A stretch of DNA of 64,000 nt, taken from assembly GCA_030550235.1 (NCBI GenBank), contig JAUQPU010000002.1, forward strand, positions 92,602-156,601. The letters are read 5' to 3'. Below are positions 36,689 through 45,537 of the stretch, piece after piece. Origin of the DNA: Thermoproteota archaeon. GTDB taxonomy: Archaea > Thermoproteota > Nitrososphaeria_A > Caldarchaeales > Calditenuaceae. Under the pieces are notes generated by a model. That model worked only from the letters and a program-made list of their open reading frames with translations, was not told the origin of the DNA and made no database searches. Each line of letters starts with the position of its first letter. The first letter of the stretch is position 1. A program made the translations under genes and the position numbers.

Positions 36689-39019
36689 TCACGCTTGGCG
36701 CGTCATTTGGCCGTTCCGTCGAGCTCCTTGGAGCCTCCTAGCTAAGATCACTCCCACCCACAACCCTATCGCAACACCGGCAAGACCGGCCACCATCAAC
36801 CATACAGCGTCTGGCCCAGTGGCTGGCTGCCCTACCTGCGGCGGTCCACTACCGGATTTCAGAGACTCTCCAATTCCGCGGACCTCTGTCAACAGGCTCT
36901 GCAGAATCTGCCTATCCGACTCGAGGACGTTGATCCGCTCTGCCAGGTTGTTGAACCCGAACTCGATGTAGAGACTTGCTACAGCGAAGTTTCCCGTCTG
37001 GTCATACGCCACCACCGTCTGCGTGCCCTCCGACGTCAGCGGTGTGAAGATCCGCGCAGTGAAGGACCCCTCCTCGTTCGTCTTAGTATATGCCACCACG
37101 CTCCCAGAGATCTCTATGTATATGTTGGAGTCGGGCTGAAAGTTTGTCCCGACTATCGTTATGTCGCGCCCCGCGACTCCACTGGGCGGGGAGACGAAGA
37201 TCGAGGGGGCAGTCATGGCCCGCCTCCTTACGAATGCTATCTTCTGGTTCACACCGGTAAACTCTCCTAACCTACAGTCCGCCCACACCAGGTATACGTC
37301 ATCGGCTGTCGCCTTTATCGAGAAGTAGTCGCCAATGAATCTGCCACCCGGGAACCCGAAGTTGGGGTTACTGTATGAGTCGGTGACCCTAGTGCTCCCA
37401 ACCCTCTGGCCGAGCTCAGTTATCTCGAACCCCCACGTATCACCCTTGTCGCTGGACCTAGTATAGTAGATGTGGTATTTCGTCTCTACGGGGTCATCCC
37501 TCATATCACCCCACATCACATGGATTACGCCGTTCGGGTCTACCGTGATTGAGGGGAAGAACTGGAGCCTGCCGGTCTCGTCGTCGTTGAGTCTTTTCGG
37601 CTGGGACCAAGTTACTCCGCCGTCGAAGCTCCGGACAAAGTAGATGTCTCCGTCATCGAGCGGCTTGTCGGCTGGGCGTCCCGCAAAAACTATGTAGACC
37701 TCGCCACCCGGGCCAACCGCGAGCTGTGGGAATGAGGAGCCCCAGTTTCTGAATGCTGCATTTCTAGGTGTAAAGCTTACCTCGTTGAAGATCGCGGCCC
37801 TTATCGGGCCCCTCCAACTCCTGCCACCATCAGTGCTAACGGCTACGTGTATCTCTCCCAACCCCTTAGCGCTGTCATCATCCTGCGTGTCGAGCCATGC
37901 CACGTAAAGTGTGCCATCTGGTGCGACAGCCGGCTGTGAGCCCTGAACAACTCTCTTCTGCCTAGACTCCTCGCCATATCCCCTAATTACTACCGGGCTG
38001 ACTTTGATAGGTGGAGTCATAACTGCGAAGTCTGTCGAGGACTTGACGAACTTGATAACCGACTCTATCCTTGGGTTCCCGAGAAAGACGAGCTCCTCCA
38101 CATAGAATATGTCCCATACTACTGAGAACTCCGTATAAGTTACGTAGATGGCGTCGCGGCTAGGGTCGTTTTTGTCTGGTCCAACGGTCATCCATGGCTT
38201 GTCGAGGAAGGAGAAGGCTATGCTGCCCCGCAGCCTCCCCTTTTCATCGACTCCAATATCTCTGAAAGTGATTCCGCTCCTTGCGACAGAGACAGGCTCG
38301 GACCAGCTGAAGCCGCCATCCGGGCTCTTCGAAACCACTATGCTTGAGACAATTTCCTCAGAGACTGCCGAGCCTATCCTATACTCCTCAATCCCAATCG
38401 AGATTGAGGCGAAATAAGCATTCCCCTCTCTATCGAAGGCCACGACCGGGTCTCCGCCTGAACCCGCATCATCCTTCAAGTATCTGACCTGCCTAGGCCC
38501 ACTCCATGTCTCTCCACCGTCGAGGCTGACGTAGGCGCTCACTCCTGCGAAGTTATAGTCAATAACGCCGACTAGCAGGTGGTTAGGGTTTTTCGGATTC
38601 ACCGCGATATGGGGCTCCGTCTGAATAGGCGCTCTGCTGAAGTCGCGTGTTATTATGATGTTTCTGCTGAAGGCTGGTGCGGGGCTTCTGAAGGGAACCA
38701 GTATGCCTGCAGCCCCTGGCGCCTGTAGAGAGAATAGCCTCAGGCCAGCCCCCTCACCTCCAGCCTCCACTCTCTTTTCTCCAGGCTCCCCACCTGCCTC
38801 ACCAAGCCTCATCACAGGGTCCTCGCCCCGCGCCACAACACCCAGCCTCCCTGTCAAGAGACTTGACAAAAACTTGGTCGACTGGAACTCAATCCTCAGT
38901 CCTCCACCGAGATTAGCCTCCTCAAGCGAATAGACGAGCGGGAGAACCATCATTAATGCAAGAAATGCTCCAAGGAAGGATACGGCTAACCTCTTCATGG
39001 TGAAAATATCTCCATTCAC
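36689..39019 (-). CDS. Secreted BNR/Asp-box repeat (sialidase-like beta-propeller) protein with C-terminal coiled coil and TM anchor
   Basis: Signal peptide (MKRLAVSFLGAFLALMMVLPLVYS). Five Asp-boxes: SLDGGETWSG, SPDGGFSWSE, STDGGRSWRG, SFDGGVTWSQ, SSDKGDTWG. Coiled-coil stretch (ERINVLESDRQILQSLLTEVRGIGESLK), then TM helix (LMVAGLAGVAIGLWVGVILA) and a basic tail. Confidence 0.7.
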   Translation of the reverse strand: MNGDIFTMKRLAVSFLGAFLALMMVLPLVYSLEEANLGGGLRIEFQSTKFLSSLLTGRLGVVARGEDPVMRLGEAGGEPGEKRVEAGGEGAGLRLFSLQAPGAAGILVPFRSPAPAFSRNIIITRDFSRAPIQTEPHIAVNPKNPNHLLVGVIDYNFAGVSAYVSLDGGETWSGPRQVRYLKDDAGSGGDPVVAFDREGNAYFASISIGIEEYRIGSAVSEEIVSSIVVSKSPDGGFSWSEPVSVARSGITFRDIGVDEKGRLRGSIAFSFLDKPWMTVGPDKNDPSRDAIYVTYTEFSVVWDIFYVEELVFLGNPRIESVIKFVKSSTDFAVMTPPIKVSPVVIRGYGEESRQKRVVQGSQPAVAPDGTLYVAWLDTQDDDSAKGLGEIHVAVSTDGGRSWRGPIRAAIFNEVSFTPRNAAFRNWGSSFPQLAVGPGGEVYIVFAGRPADKPLDDGDIYFVRSFDGGVTWSQPKRLNDDETGRLQFFPSITVDPNGVIHVMWGDMRDDPVETKYHIYYTRSSDKGDTWGFEITELGQRVGSTRVTDSYSNPNFGFPGGRFIGDYFSIKATADDVYLVWADCRLGEFTGVNQKIAFVRRRAMTAPSIFVSPPSGVAGRDITIVGTNFQPDSNIYIEISGSVVAYTKTNEEGSFTARIFTPLTSEGTQTVVAYDQTGNFAVASLYIEFGFNNLAERINVLESDRQILQSLLTEVRGIGESLKSGSGPPQVGQPATGPDAVWLMVAGLAGVAIGLWVGVILARRLQGARRNGQMTRQA

Positions 39020-39070
39020 TGTTATTAACTTTTGGCCTCTACATTATTTTTAAGTATCCTTAATTGACCT

Positions 39071-40015
39071 ATGCTTGAGGTCTGTGCCATGAGGGTGGTT
39101 AGGGTAGAGAGTCCGCGTGGTGGGGCAAGGCTAGGCGTGGTTGTTGATGATGAGGTGGCTTTACTGCCTGAGAAGAGGTATGGGTCGGGGAGAGGGTTTA
39201 TAGCCCTTGTCCGAGAGGCGGCGAGAAGGCGAGTCTCAGCCGCCCAATACCTCCAGCAGAGGATTAGCAGCGATAGGCGTGTGAAGAGGATTCGATACTC
39301 AGAGCTTGGTGAAAGAGCTGTGAGAGGATTCCGCCTCCTCATGCCTATAGTCCCGCCGGAGGTCTGGGGAGCGGGCGTAACCTATCTTAGAAGCCGCGAG
39401 GCCCGCGAATATGAGACGAAGGCAAAGGGAATCTACGACTTGGTTTACGAGGCCGAAAGGCCTGAGATTTTCTTCAAGGCCACTCCCTCCCGCTGCGTCG
39501 GGCCTGAGGAGGTGGCATATATCAGGAGTGATACGAGATGGTCGGTGCCTGAGCCTGAGCTCGCCATAGTACTAGGTCCGAAGCAAGAGATAGTCGGTTA
39601 CACGATAGGAAACGACTTATCAGCAAGGGATATTGAGGGAGAGAACCCCCTCTATCTCCCACAAGCCAAGATCTATAGAGGCTGCTGCGTCATCGGGCCG
39701 GCCATAGCCCTGCCAGAGACAATTGGAGACCCGAAAAACCTCCGGATTGAGATGAGAGTACTCCGCGAGGGGGCTGAGATCTTCAAGGGCTGGGTAAACA
39801 CCTCAAACCTGAAGAGGGGCCTGGATGAGCTTGTAAGCTATTTGGCACGAGACAACGTCATCCCAGCCGGTACTGTGCTTCTAACAGGGACAGGAATTGT
39901 TCCACCAGACGACTTCTCTCTAAGGAGCGGCGACATAGTAGAAATCGAGATCGAGAAGATCGGCGTGCTCCGCAACAGGATTGAACAGCTCAGTAGCCGA
40001 GGTAAACGGTCTTAA
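39071..40015 (+). CDS. Fumarylacetoacetate hydrolase (FAH) family hydratase/dehydratase (2-keto-3-deoxy-acid dehydratase/KdaD-like)
   Basis: FFKATPSRCVGPEE...LAIVLGP...GYTIGNDLSARD...KIYRGCCVIGP matches the FAH-fold metal and substrate motifs. Confidence 0.75.
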   Translation: MLEVCAMRVVRVESPRGGARLGVVVDDEVALLPEKRYGSGRGFIALVREAARRRVSAAQYLQQRISSDRRVKRIRYSELGERAVRGFRLLMPIVPPEVWGAGVTYLRSREAREYETKAKGIYDLVYEAERPEIFFKATPSRCVGPEEVAYIRSDTRWSVPEPELAIVLGPKQEIVGYTIGNDLSARDIEGENPLYLPQAKIYRGCCVIGPAIALPETIGDPKNLRIEMRVLREGAEIFKGWVNTSNLKRGLDELVSYLARDNVIPAGTVLLTGTGIVPPDDFSLRSGDIVEIEIEKIGVLRNRIEQLSSRGKRS

Positions 40016-41447
40016 TCTTCGTGTAGAAGTCCAGAGCAGTCTCGCCTTGCTCTCTCATCATTCCAAAGCTTGATTTTTTGTATCCTCCGAACGGAACATG
40101 TGGCTCTAACCCCGTTGTTGGCTTGTTTATCTTGACTACTCCTGCCTGTACCCGATTGATGAACTCGAAGGCTCGTGGGAGGCTTCGGGTGAAGATGGAG
40201 GCAGAAAGGCCGTATTCAATTTTGTTGGCCAGCTCTATGGCCTCGTCAAAGCTATGTGCCCGCATTATTGCTAGGACGGGCCCGAATATCTCCTCCTGAG
40301 CTATCCTCATGTCTGGGTTGACATCTGTGAATATTGTGGGCTCGACAAAGTATCCTTTTGAATGTTCGGGGCCTGTGAGTCTCTTCCCGCCCAAGAGGAG
40401 TTTAGCACCCTCATTAACCCCGACCTGAATGTAGTCGAGGATCTTATTCATCTCCTTCTCACCCACTACGGGCCCCATCTCTACACCCTCCACTAGGCCG
40501 TTGCCAACCTTGATTCTCTTAACCCGCTCAACAAGCTTCTTCTCAAACTCGCCTGCTATGCTATCGAGGACTATTGCGCGGCTGGTGGCGGTGCATGCTT
40601 GGCCCGTTAGGCCGAAGGCCCCCCTCACGACCATTTCAACGGCCCTATCAATATCTGCGTCGTCAAGAACTACCGCTGGGTTTTTTCCGCCTAGCTCCAG
40701 CTGAATCCTGATATTCCTTGCACCTGCGGCCCTTTTAATCTCTTCCCCCACCTCCAGCGAGCCTGTGAAGGATATCGCGTCTATCTTCGGGCTGCTGATT
40801 AGCTCGGAGCCAACCGTTGAGCCTGGGCCTGTGATGAAGTTGAGGATGCCTGGCGGTAGCCCTGACCGTTGGAGAGCATCGACTATCCTGTAGGCTATCA
40901 AGGGCGTATAGCTGGCAGGCTTGAAGACGACTGCGTTTCCACAGATAAGCGCGGGTGCAATCTTCCAAGAAGGTATGGCTATCGGGAAATTCCAAGGTGT
41001 TATAATTGATACGACGCCGAGAGGTTCTCGGAGGGTGAATATGTGAGTATTTGGCTCTGCCGAGGGTGTGAACTCCCCTCTCAGCCTATAGCCCATGACC
41101 CCGTAGAATCTGAATATGCTGACAGCCCTCGCAACCTCTGCCCTACTCTCAGCAAGCGTCTTCCCCTCCTCCCTCGTCAGCAGCCTCGCCAGCTCGTCCG
41201 CCTCACCCTCCAAAATCTGTGCAGCTTTAACAAGGATTCTACCTCTCTCGGGGACAGGGGTCACCGCCCACTTCGCCTGTGCCTCCCTCGCGACATCAAT
41301 AGCCCTGACGGCGTCCTGCCTAGACAGTAGCGGGAACTCCGCGACGATATCTCCCGTGTCAGCTGGATTAATGTCCTTGAACACTTTGCCGTCGGCTGAT
41401 ACTATCTTCTCGCCCCCAATTATGCAGGGATAAAGGCTCCCAGACAA
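39990..41447 (-). CDS. NAD(P)+-dependent aldehyde dehydrogenase
   Basis: ALDH motifs: catalytic Cys context (GQACTATSR), Glu context (LELGGKNP), NAD-binding GSTVG. 485 aa. Confidence 0.85.
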   Translation of the reverse strand: MSGSLYPCIIGGEKIVSADGKVFKDINPADTGDIVAEFPLLSRQDAVRAIDVAREAQAKWAVTPVPERGRILVKAAQILEGEADELARLLTREEGKTLAESRAEVARAVSIFRFYGVMGYRLRGEFTPSAEPNTHIFTLREPLGVVSIITPWNFPIAIPSWKIAPALICGNAVVFKPASYTPLIAYRIVDALQRSGLPPGILNFITGPGSTVGSELISSPKIDAISFTGSLEVGEEIKRAAGARNIRIQLELGGKNPAVVLDDADIDRAVEMVVRGAFGLTGQACTATSRAIVLDSIAGEFEKKLVERVKRIKVGNGLVEGVEMGPVVGEKEMNKILDYIQVGVNEGAKLLLGGKRLTGPEHSKGYFVEPTIFTDVNPDMRIAQEEIFGPVLAIMRAHSFDEAIELANKIEYGLSASIFTRSLPRAFEFINRVQAGVVKINKPTTGLEPHVPFGGYKKSSFGMMREQGETALDFYTKIKTVYLGY

Positions 41448-41554
41448 CTCGTATCTGAGAGGACATGGATGGATAAAAATCCTTCACGCATAAGTGGTAT
41501 GGCGGACTGTTGGAGAAAACTCTTTAATACACGCTGGACACAGCATCTTGCGAG

Positions 41555-43249
41555 ATGTCAGGTTCGAGGAAAGGAGCTGTTTATAGCACCGAAAGGTTCG
41601 CAGGAACGCTTAACGCTCCTCACAGATCTTTCCTCTGGTCTGTAGGTCTTGACCTCAGTGATATTGGCAAGCCACTGGCAGGTGTTGTAGTTGCTTGGAG
41701 CGAGTCAGGCCCTTGTAACTTCCATACTCTGAACCTGATTGGCTATGTCAAGCAGGGTCTACGCGACTCCGGCTGCGTGGGTCTTGCAATGCCTACAATC
41801 GTCGTGAACGACAACATCTCCATGGGAACTGCGGGAATGAGGTATAGCCTCGTGAGCAGAGAGGTTATCGCCGACAGTGTCGAGGCCCAGATAGTGGCCC
41901 ACGCTTATGATGGTTTTGTAGCTGTAGGGGGGTGTGATAAGACCCAGCCCGGCCTGATGATGGCTATGGCGAGGATTAACAGGCCCTCGATATACATGTA
42001 TGGGGGTTCAGCCGAGCCAGGTTTCATAGGCGAGAAGAAGTTCACTATAGAGGATGTCCACGAGTATGTAGGCGCCTACATCACTGGTAAAGTCTCGGAG
42101 CAGGAGCTGCTGCAGGTTGAGCTTATCGCCCACCCCACCTACGGTGCATGTGCAGGCCTCTTCACAGCCAACACAATGGCCCTCCTAAGCGAGGGGCTGG
42201 GCCTAGCACTACTAGGAAGCTCGAGCCCGACTGCAACCTCCGCGAGGAGGGCAATCTACGCTTACGAGACAGGGAAAGCCCTCGGCCAGCTCTTTGAAAA
42301 CGATATAAAACCACGCGATATTCTAAAATACGAAACGTTTAGAAACGCAGCCACACTACTTATGGCCTCAGGTGGGTCTACAAATGGGATACTCCATCTC
42401 TTGGCGCTGGCCTATGAGGCAGGTGTCAAGTTCACCCTCGACGACATAGACGAGGTCTCGAGAAAAACACCCTATATACTAAACATGAGGCCTGCGGGTG
42501 AGTATGTGATGATGGACCTGGACAGGGTTGGAGGCGCCCCACTCCTACTGAAGAAGCTTCTGGATGCTGGTCTTCTTGAAGGCAGCGTATTAACAGTCTC
42601 GGGAAAGACATTGGCCCAGAGCCTGAGAGAGTATCGACTGCCCAACGTCCCACACGACTACATAGTCAAAGACCCATCCAGGCCGATTAAGAAGACTGGA
42701 GGAATCAGGATTCTTAGAGGGTCTCTGGCTCCCGAAGGAGCTGTCGTGAAGACCGCGGCCACAGGCGTTACTAGGTTTGAGGGGGCTGCTCGAGTCTTCG
42801 ACGATGAGGAGCCGGCCTTTGAGGCGATTAGGAGAGGCGATGTAAGGGAAGGAGAGGTGTTGGTTATAAGGTATGTGGGGCCGAAGGGTGCGCCCGGAAT
42901 GCCTGAGATGTTGAGGGTTACGGCCGCCCTCTCCGGCGCGGGGCTTGGAGAGTCTGTAGCCATGGTGACTGACGGTAGGTTCAGCGGCGCGACTAAGGGG
43001 ATTATGGTGGGTCATGTCTCGCCTGAGGCCGTGGCTGGAGGGCCGATAGCGTTTGTTGAGGATGGCGACAGGATACTGATTGACACGGAGGCGGGGAGGC
43101 TAGACCTCCTCGTGCCGAAGGAGGAGCTGGAACGGAGAAAGAGTGTGTTAAGGCTGAAACCCCCGAAGGCTACTTCAGGGCTTCTCGCAAAGTATGCCTC
43201 CCTCGTCGCCTCCGCCTCGGTGGGGGCTGTAACCCTACCACGTCTCTAG
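41555..43249 (+). CDS. ilvD: Dihydroxy-acid dehydratase (IlvD/EDD family)
   Basis: IlvD/EDD signatures: CDKTQPG (Fe-S Cys), [26 protein letters not shown]. 564 aa. Confidence 0.85.
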   Translation: MSGSRKGAVYSTERFAGTLNAPHRSFLWSVGLDLSDIGKPLAGVVVAWSESGPCNFHTLNLIGYVKQGLRDSGCVGLAMPTIVVNDNISMGTAGMRYSLVSREVIADSVEAQIVAHAYDGFVAVGGCDKTQPGLMMAMARINRPSIYMYGGSAEPGFIGEKKFTIEDVHEYVGAYITGKVSEQELLQVELIAHPTYGACAGLFTANTMALLSEGLGLALLGSSSPTATSARRAIYAYETGKALGQLFENDIKPRDILKYETFRNAATLLMASGGSTNGILHLLALAYEAGVKFTLDDIDEVSRKTPYILNMRPAGEYVMMDLDRVGGAPLLLKKLLDAGLLEGSVLTVSGKTLAQSLREYRLPNVPHDYIVKDPSRPIKKTGGIRILRGSLAPEGAVVKTAATGVTRFEGAARVFDDEEPAFEAIRRGDVREGEVLVIRYVGPKGAPGMPEMLRVTAALSGAGLGESVAMVTDGRFSGATKGIMVGHVSPEAVAGGPIAFVEDGDRILIDTEAGRLDLLVPKEELERRKSVLRLKPPKATSGLLAKYASLVASASVGAVTLPRL

Positions 43250-43257
43250 CCAGAAGC

Positions 43258-44280
43258 ATGTACAGGATATCTGTGATTCCCGGCGACGGAATAGGTCCAA
43301 CAGTCACGCAACATACTAAGCGGCTACTTCTAGAGCTGAGCTCAGCTGCTGGATTCGGCTTAGAGTTTATTGAGGCTCCGGCTGGCGACAAGATTGCAGC
43401 CGAGACTGGTGAGGCCCTACCACGGGACTCGTTCCAAAAGATTGCCTCATCCGACGCCTGCCTAAAAGGGCCGGTGGGTGAGACAGCCCGAGACGTGATA
43501 GTTTTCCTAAGGCAGAAGCTTGACCTCTACGCCAACATCAGGCCGTTCAAGACCTATCGCGGCGTCAAGACCCACTGGAGCGGGGTCGACTTCGTGATAG
43601 TGCGTGAGAATACCGAGGACCTGTATAAGGGTGTAGAGGATGTGGGGCTTGACCACGCCGTCTCACTCCTCGTCATAACGCGCCGCGGCACCGAGCGTAT
43701 TGCACGTGTCGCCCTGAACATGGCTAGGGAACGTCGTGGGAAAGTCACGGTAGTGCATAAGGGGAATGTTGTCTCCTCCTATAGGTTCTTCAGGAATGTT
43801 GCGATGGAGGTCCTAGGACAAGGGGGCGTCTCGGTGGATGAAATGTATGTTGATAATGCGGCGTATCAGATGGTTGTGAACCCCGCGGTATTTGATGTGG
43901 TATTGACACCCAACATGTTCGGAGACATCCTCTCCGACCTAGCAGCGGGGGTTACAGGCTCCATCGGGCTGGCAGGCTCAGCCAACATTGGTGAGAACAT
44001 GGGCGTCTTCGAGCCAGTACACGGCTCTGCCCCTGGCCTTAATCCTGAATACGCTAACCCAGTAGCCACGATACTATCCTCCTCTTACATGCTTGGCTGG
44101 CTTGGAATGTCTAGGAGTGACGTGAGGCTGGCTCGTGTCTCGAAGGCGGTTGAGCGCGCTGTCACGCTGGTTCTCGACGAGGCTCGTGTCTTGACTCCGG
44201 ATTTGGGCGGCCGCGCGAGGGGGAGCGAGGTGGCTGACGCTATCCTGAATAGGGCGCTCGAGCTCCTGTCTATAGAGTAG
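43258..44280 (+). CDS. 3-isopropylmalate/homoisocitrate/isocitrate dehydrogenase family (short archaeal LeuB type)
   Basis: RISVIPGDGIGPTV ... NMFGDILSDLAAGVTGSIGLAGSANIG (beta-decarboxylating dehydrogenase motifs). Adjacent to ilvD. Confidence 0.8.
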   Translation: MYRISVIPGDGIGPTVTQHTKRLLLELSSAAGFGLEFIEAPAGDKIAAETGEALPRDSFQKIASSDACLKGPVGETARDVIVFLRQKLDLYANIRPFKTYRGVKTHWSGVDFVIVRENTEDLYKGVEDVGLDHAVSLLVITRRGTERIARVALNMARERRGKVTVVHKGNVVSSYRFFRNVAMEVLGQGGVSVDEMYVDNAAYQMVVNPAVFDVVLTPNMFGDILSDLAAGVTGSIGLAGSANIGENMGVFEPVHGSAPGLNPEYANPVATILSSSYMLGWLGMSRSDVRLARVSKAVERAVTLVLDEARVLTPDLGGRARGSEVADAILNRALELLSIE

Positions 44281-44969
44281 TGATGCGTCTCCTCTCCCTC
44301 TTCACGGGGGGAAAAGACTCTACACTCTCGGTGGAGCTGGCGCGGGAGGCTGGGCATGAGATAGCCCTGCTGGTTACGGTACGCTCCCTTGAGAGGGACT
44401 CTTGGATGTTCCATACAAGCTGCGTAGGTATCCAGCATCTCCAGGCAGAAGCCATGGGCATAGACCACGAGTACATTGATGTTAGCGGGAGAAAGGAGAT
44501 CGAGGTTCAGGAGCTCTATACAGTCCTTAAAGGTCTGGTGAAGGAGTATGGCGTGGATGGGCTGCTGACCGGTGGACTGGCAAGCCAGTACCAGAAGAGC
44601 AGGGTTGAGTGGCTAGCCAAGAATCTAAGTATCCAGCACATTGCCCCCTGCTGGGGGATGGAGCCAGGTGAGGTTATGAGAACTGTCTTGAAAAGGGGAT
44701 ATGTCGTCTTGATGGTCGCGGTGAGTGCTTATGGTCTCGGGCCAGAGTGGCTGGGTAGGCGGCTCGACTCCAAAGCAGTGGAGGAACTCATAGGCCTCTC
44801 GGAGAGATATGGATTCAACCTGGCAGGTGAGGGTGGAGAGTATGAAACCCTAGTACAGGACACACCCTTCTTCAGATACACCTTGAGGGTTGAGGCTGAG
44901 CCTGTCTGGCTTGGCGACAGAGGGTATCTGAGGCTTAAAGAAGCCTCACTCACCTCGAAGATCCCTTAA
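44280..44969 (+). CDS. PP-loop ATP pyrophosphatase, diphthine-ammonia ligase (Dph6)/MJ0570-like
   Basis: N-terminal LFTGGKDS PP-loop with downstream family-typical residues. 229 aa. Confidence 0.55.
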   Translation: MMRLLSLFTGGKDSTLSVELAREAGHEIALLVTVRSLERDSWMFHTSCVGIQHLQAEAMGIDHEYIDVSGRKEIEVQELYTVLKGLVKEYGVDGLLTGGLASQYQKSRVEWLAKNLSIQHIAPCWGMEPGEVMRTVLKRGYVVLMVAVSAYGLGPEWLGRRLDSKAVEELIGLSERYGFNLAGEGGEYETLVQDTPFFRYTLRVEAEPVWLGDRGYLRLKEASLTSKIP

Positions 44970-45515
44970 AATCGAGTATGTAAGTCCCCAAACCACCACA
45001 TCCCCCCAGATATAGGCGTCAACATTTAGAGCCCCTCTCGGAGTCTCCACAACCCTCCTCACCCTCTCCAGCCCGAAAAGGGGAGACCATCTATAATCCT
45101 CCAGCTCGTCTGAGAGCCTAATAACTGGTTTTCCATCAAGTAAAAAGACGAGGGGGTGGACACTTAGCTCAGGCCTATTTCTTGGGCTTCTAGGCTTCAG
45201 CCATCCTAAGAGTCTTAAAAGTCCAGACTCTATCCCCACCTCCTCCCAAACCTCCCTTAGGGCCGTGTCAAGTATGTTCTTGTCCAGGTCCTTCCAGAAC
45301 CCGCCTGGAAGGGCCCAGTTCCCACTCCACGGGTCTCCAAGCCTATTACTCCTCCTAACCAGCAAAACTTCGCCGGTTTGCGTAAGTATAGCAGAGACGG
45401 CGCACACTCCCCGGCCGCCTTGTGGAGCCTGAGCATACCTAGTTAATGATATGCGAGTAATCCAGTCAACCACTCTGAATACTCCTAAAAGGAATAATAT
45501 TTGAGGATGAGCCAA
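44946..45515 (-). CDS. NUDIX hydrolase
   Basis: Nudix box GGFWKDLDKNILDTALREVWEEVGIE. Confidence 0.75.
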   Translation of the reverse strand: MAHPQILFLLGVFRVVDWITRISLTRYAQAPQGGRGVCAVSAILTQTGEVLLVRRSNRLGDPWSGNWALPGGFWKDLDKNILDTALREVWEEVGIESGLLRLLGWLKPRSPRNRPELSVHPLVFLLDGKPVIRLSDELEDYRWSPLFGLERVRRVVETPRGALNVDAYIWGDVVVWGLTYSILRDLRGE

Positions 45516-45537
45516 CTACCTCCATAATAGCCTAGTT

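Noticed and set aside
42432-43015. Minus-strand ORFs of 73-141 aa inside ilvD
   Set aside because: They are antisense to a strongly conserved IlvD/EDD coding sequence. Their composition is low-complexity Pro/Ser/Arg-rich.
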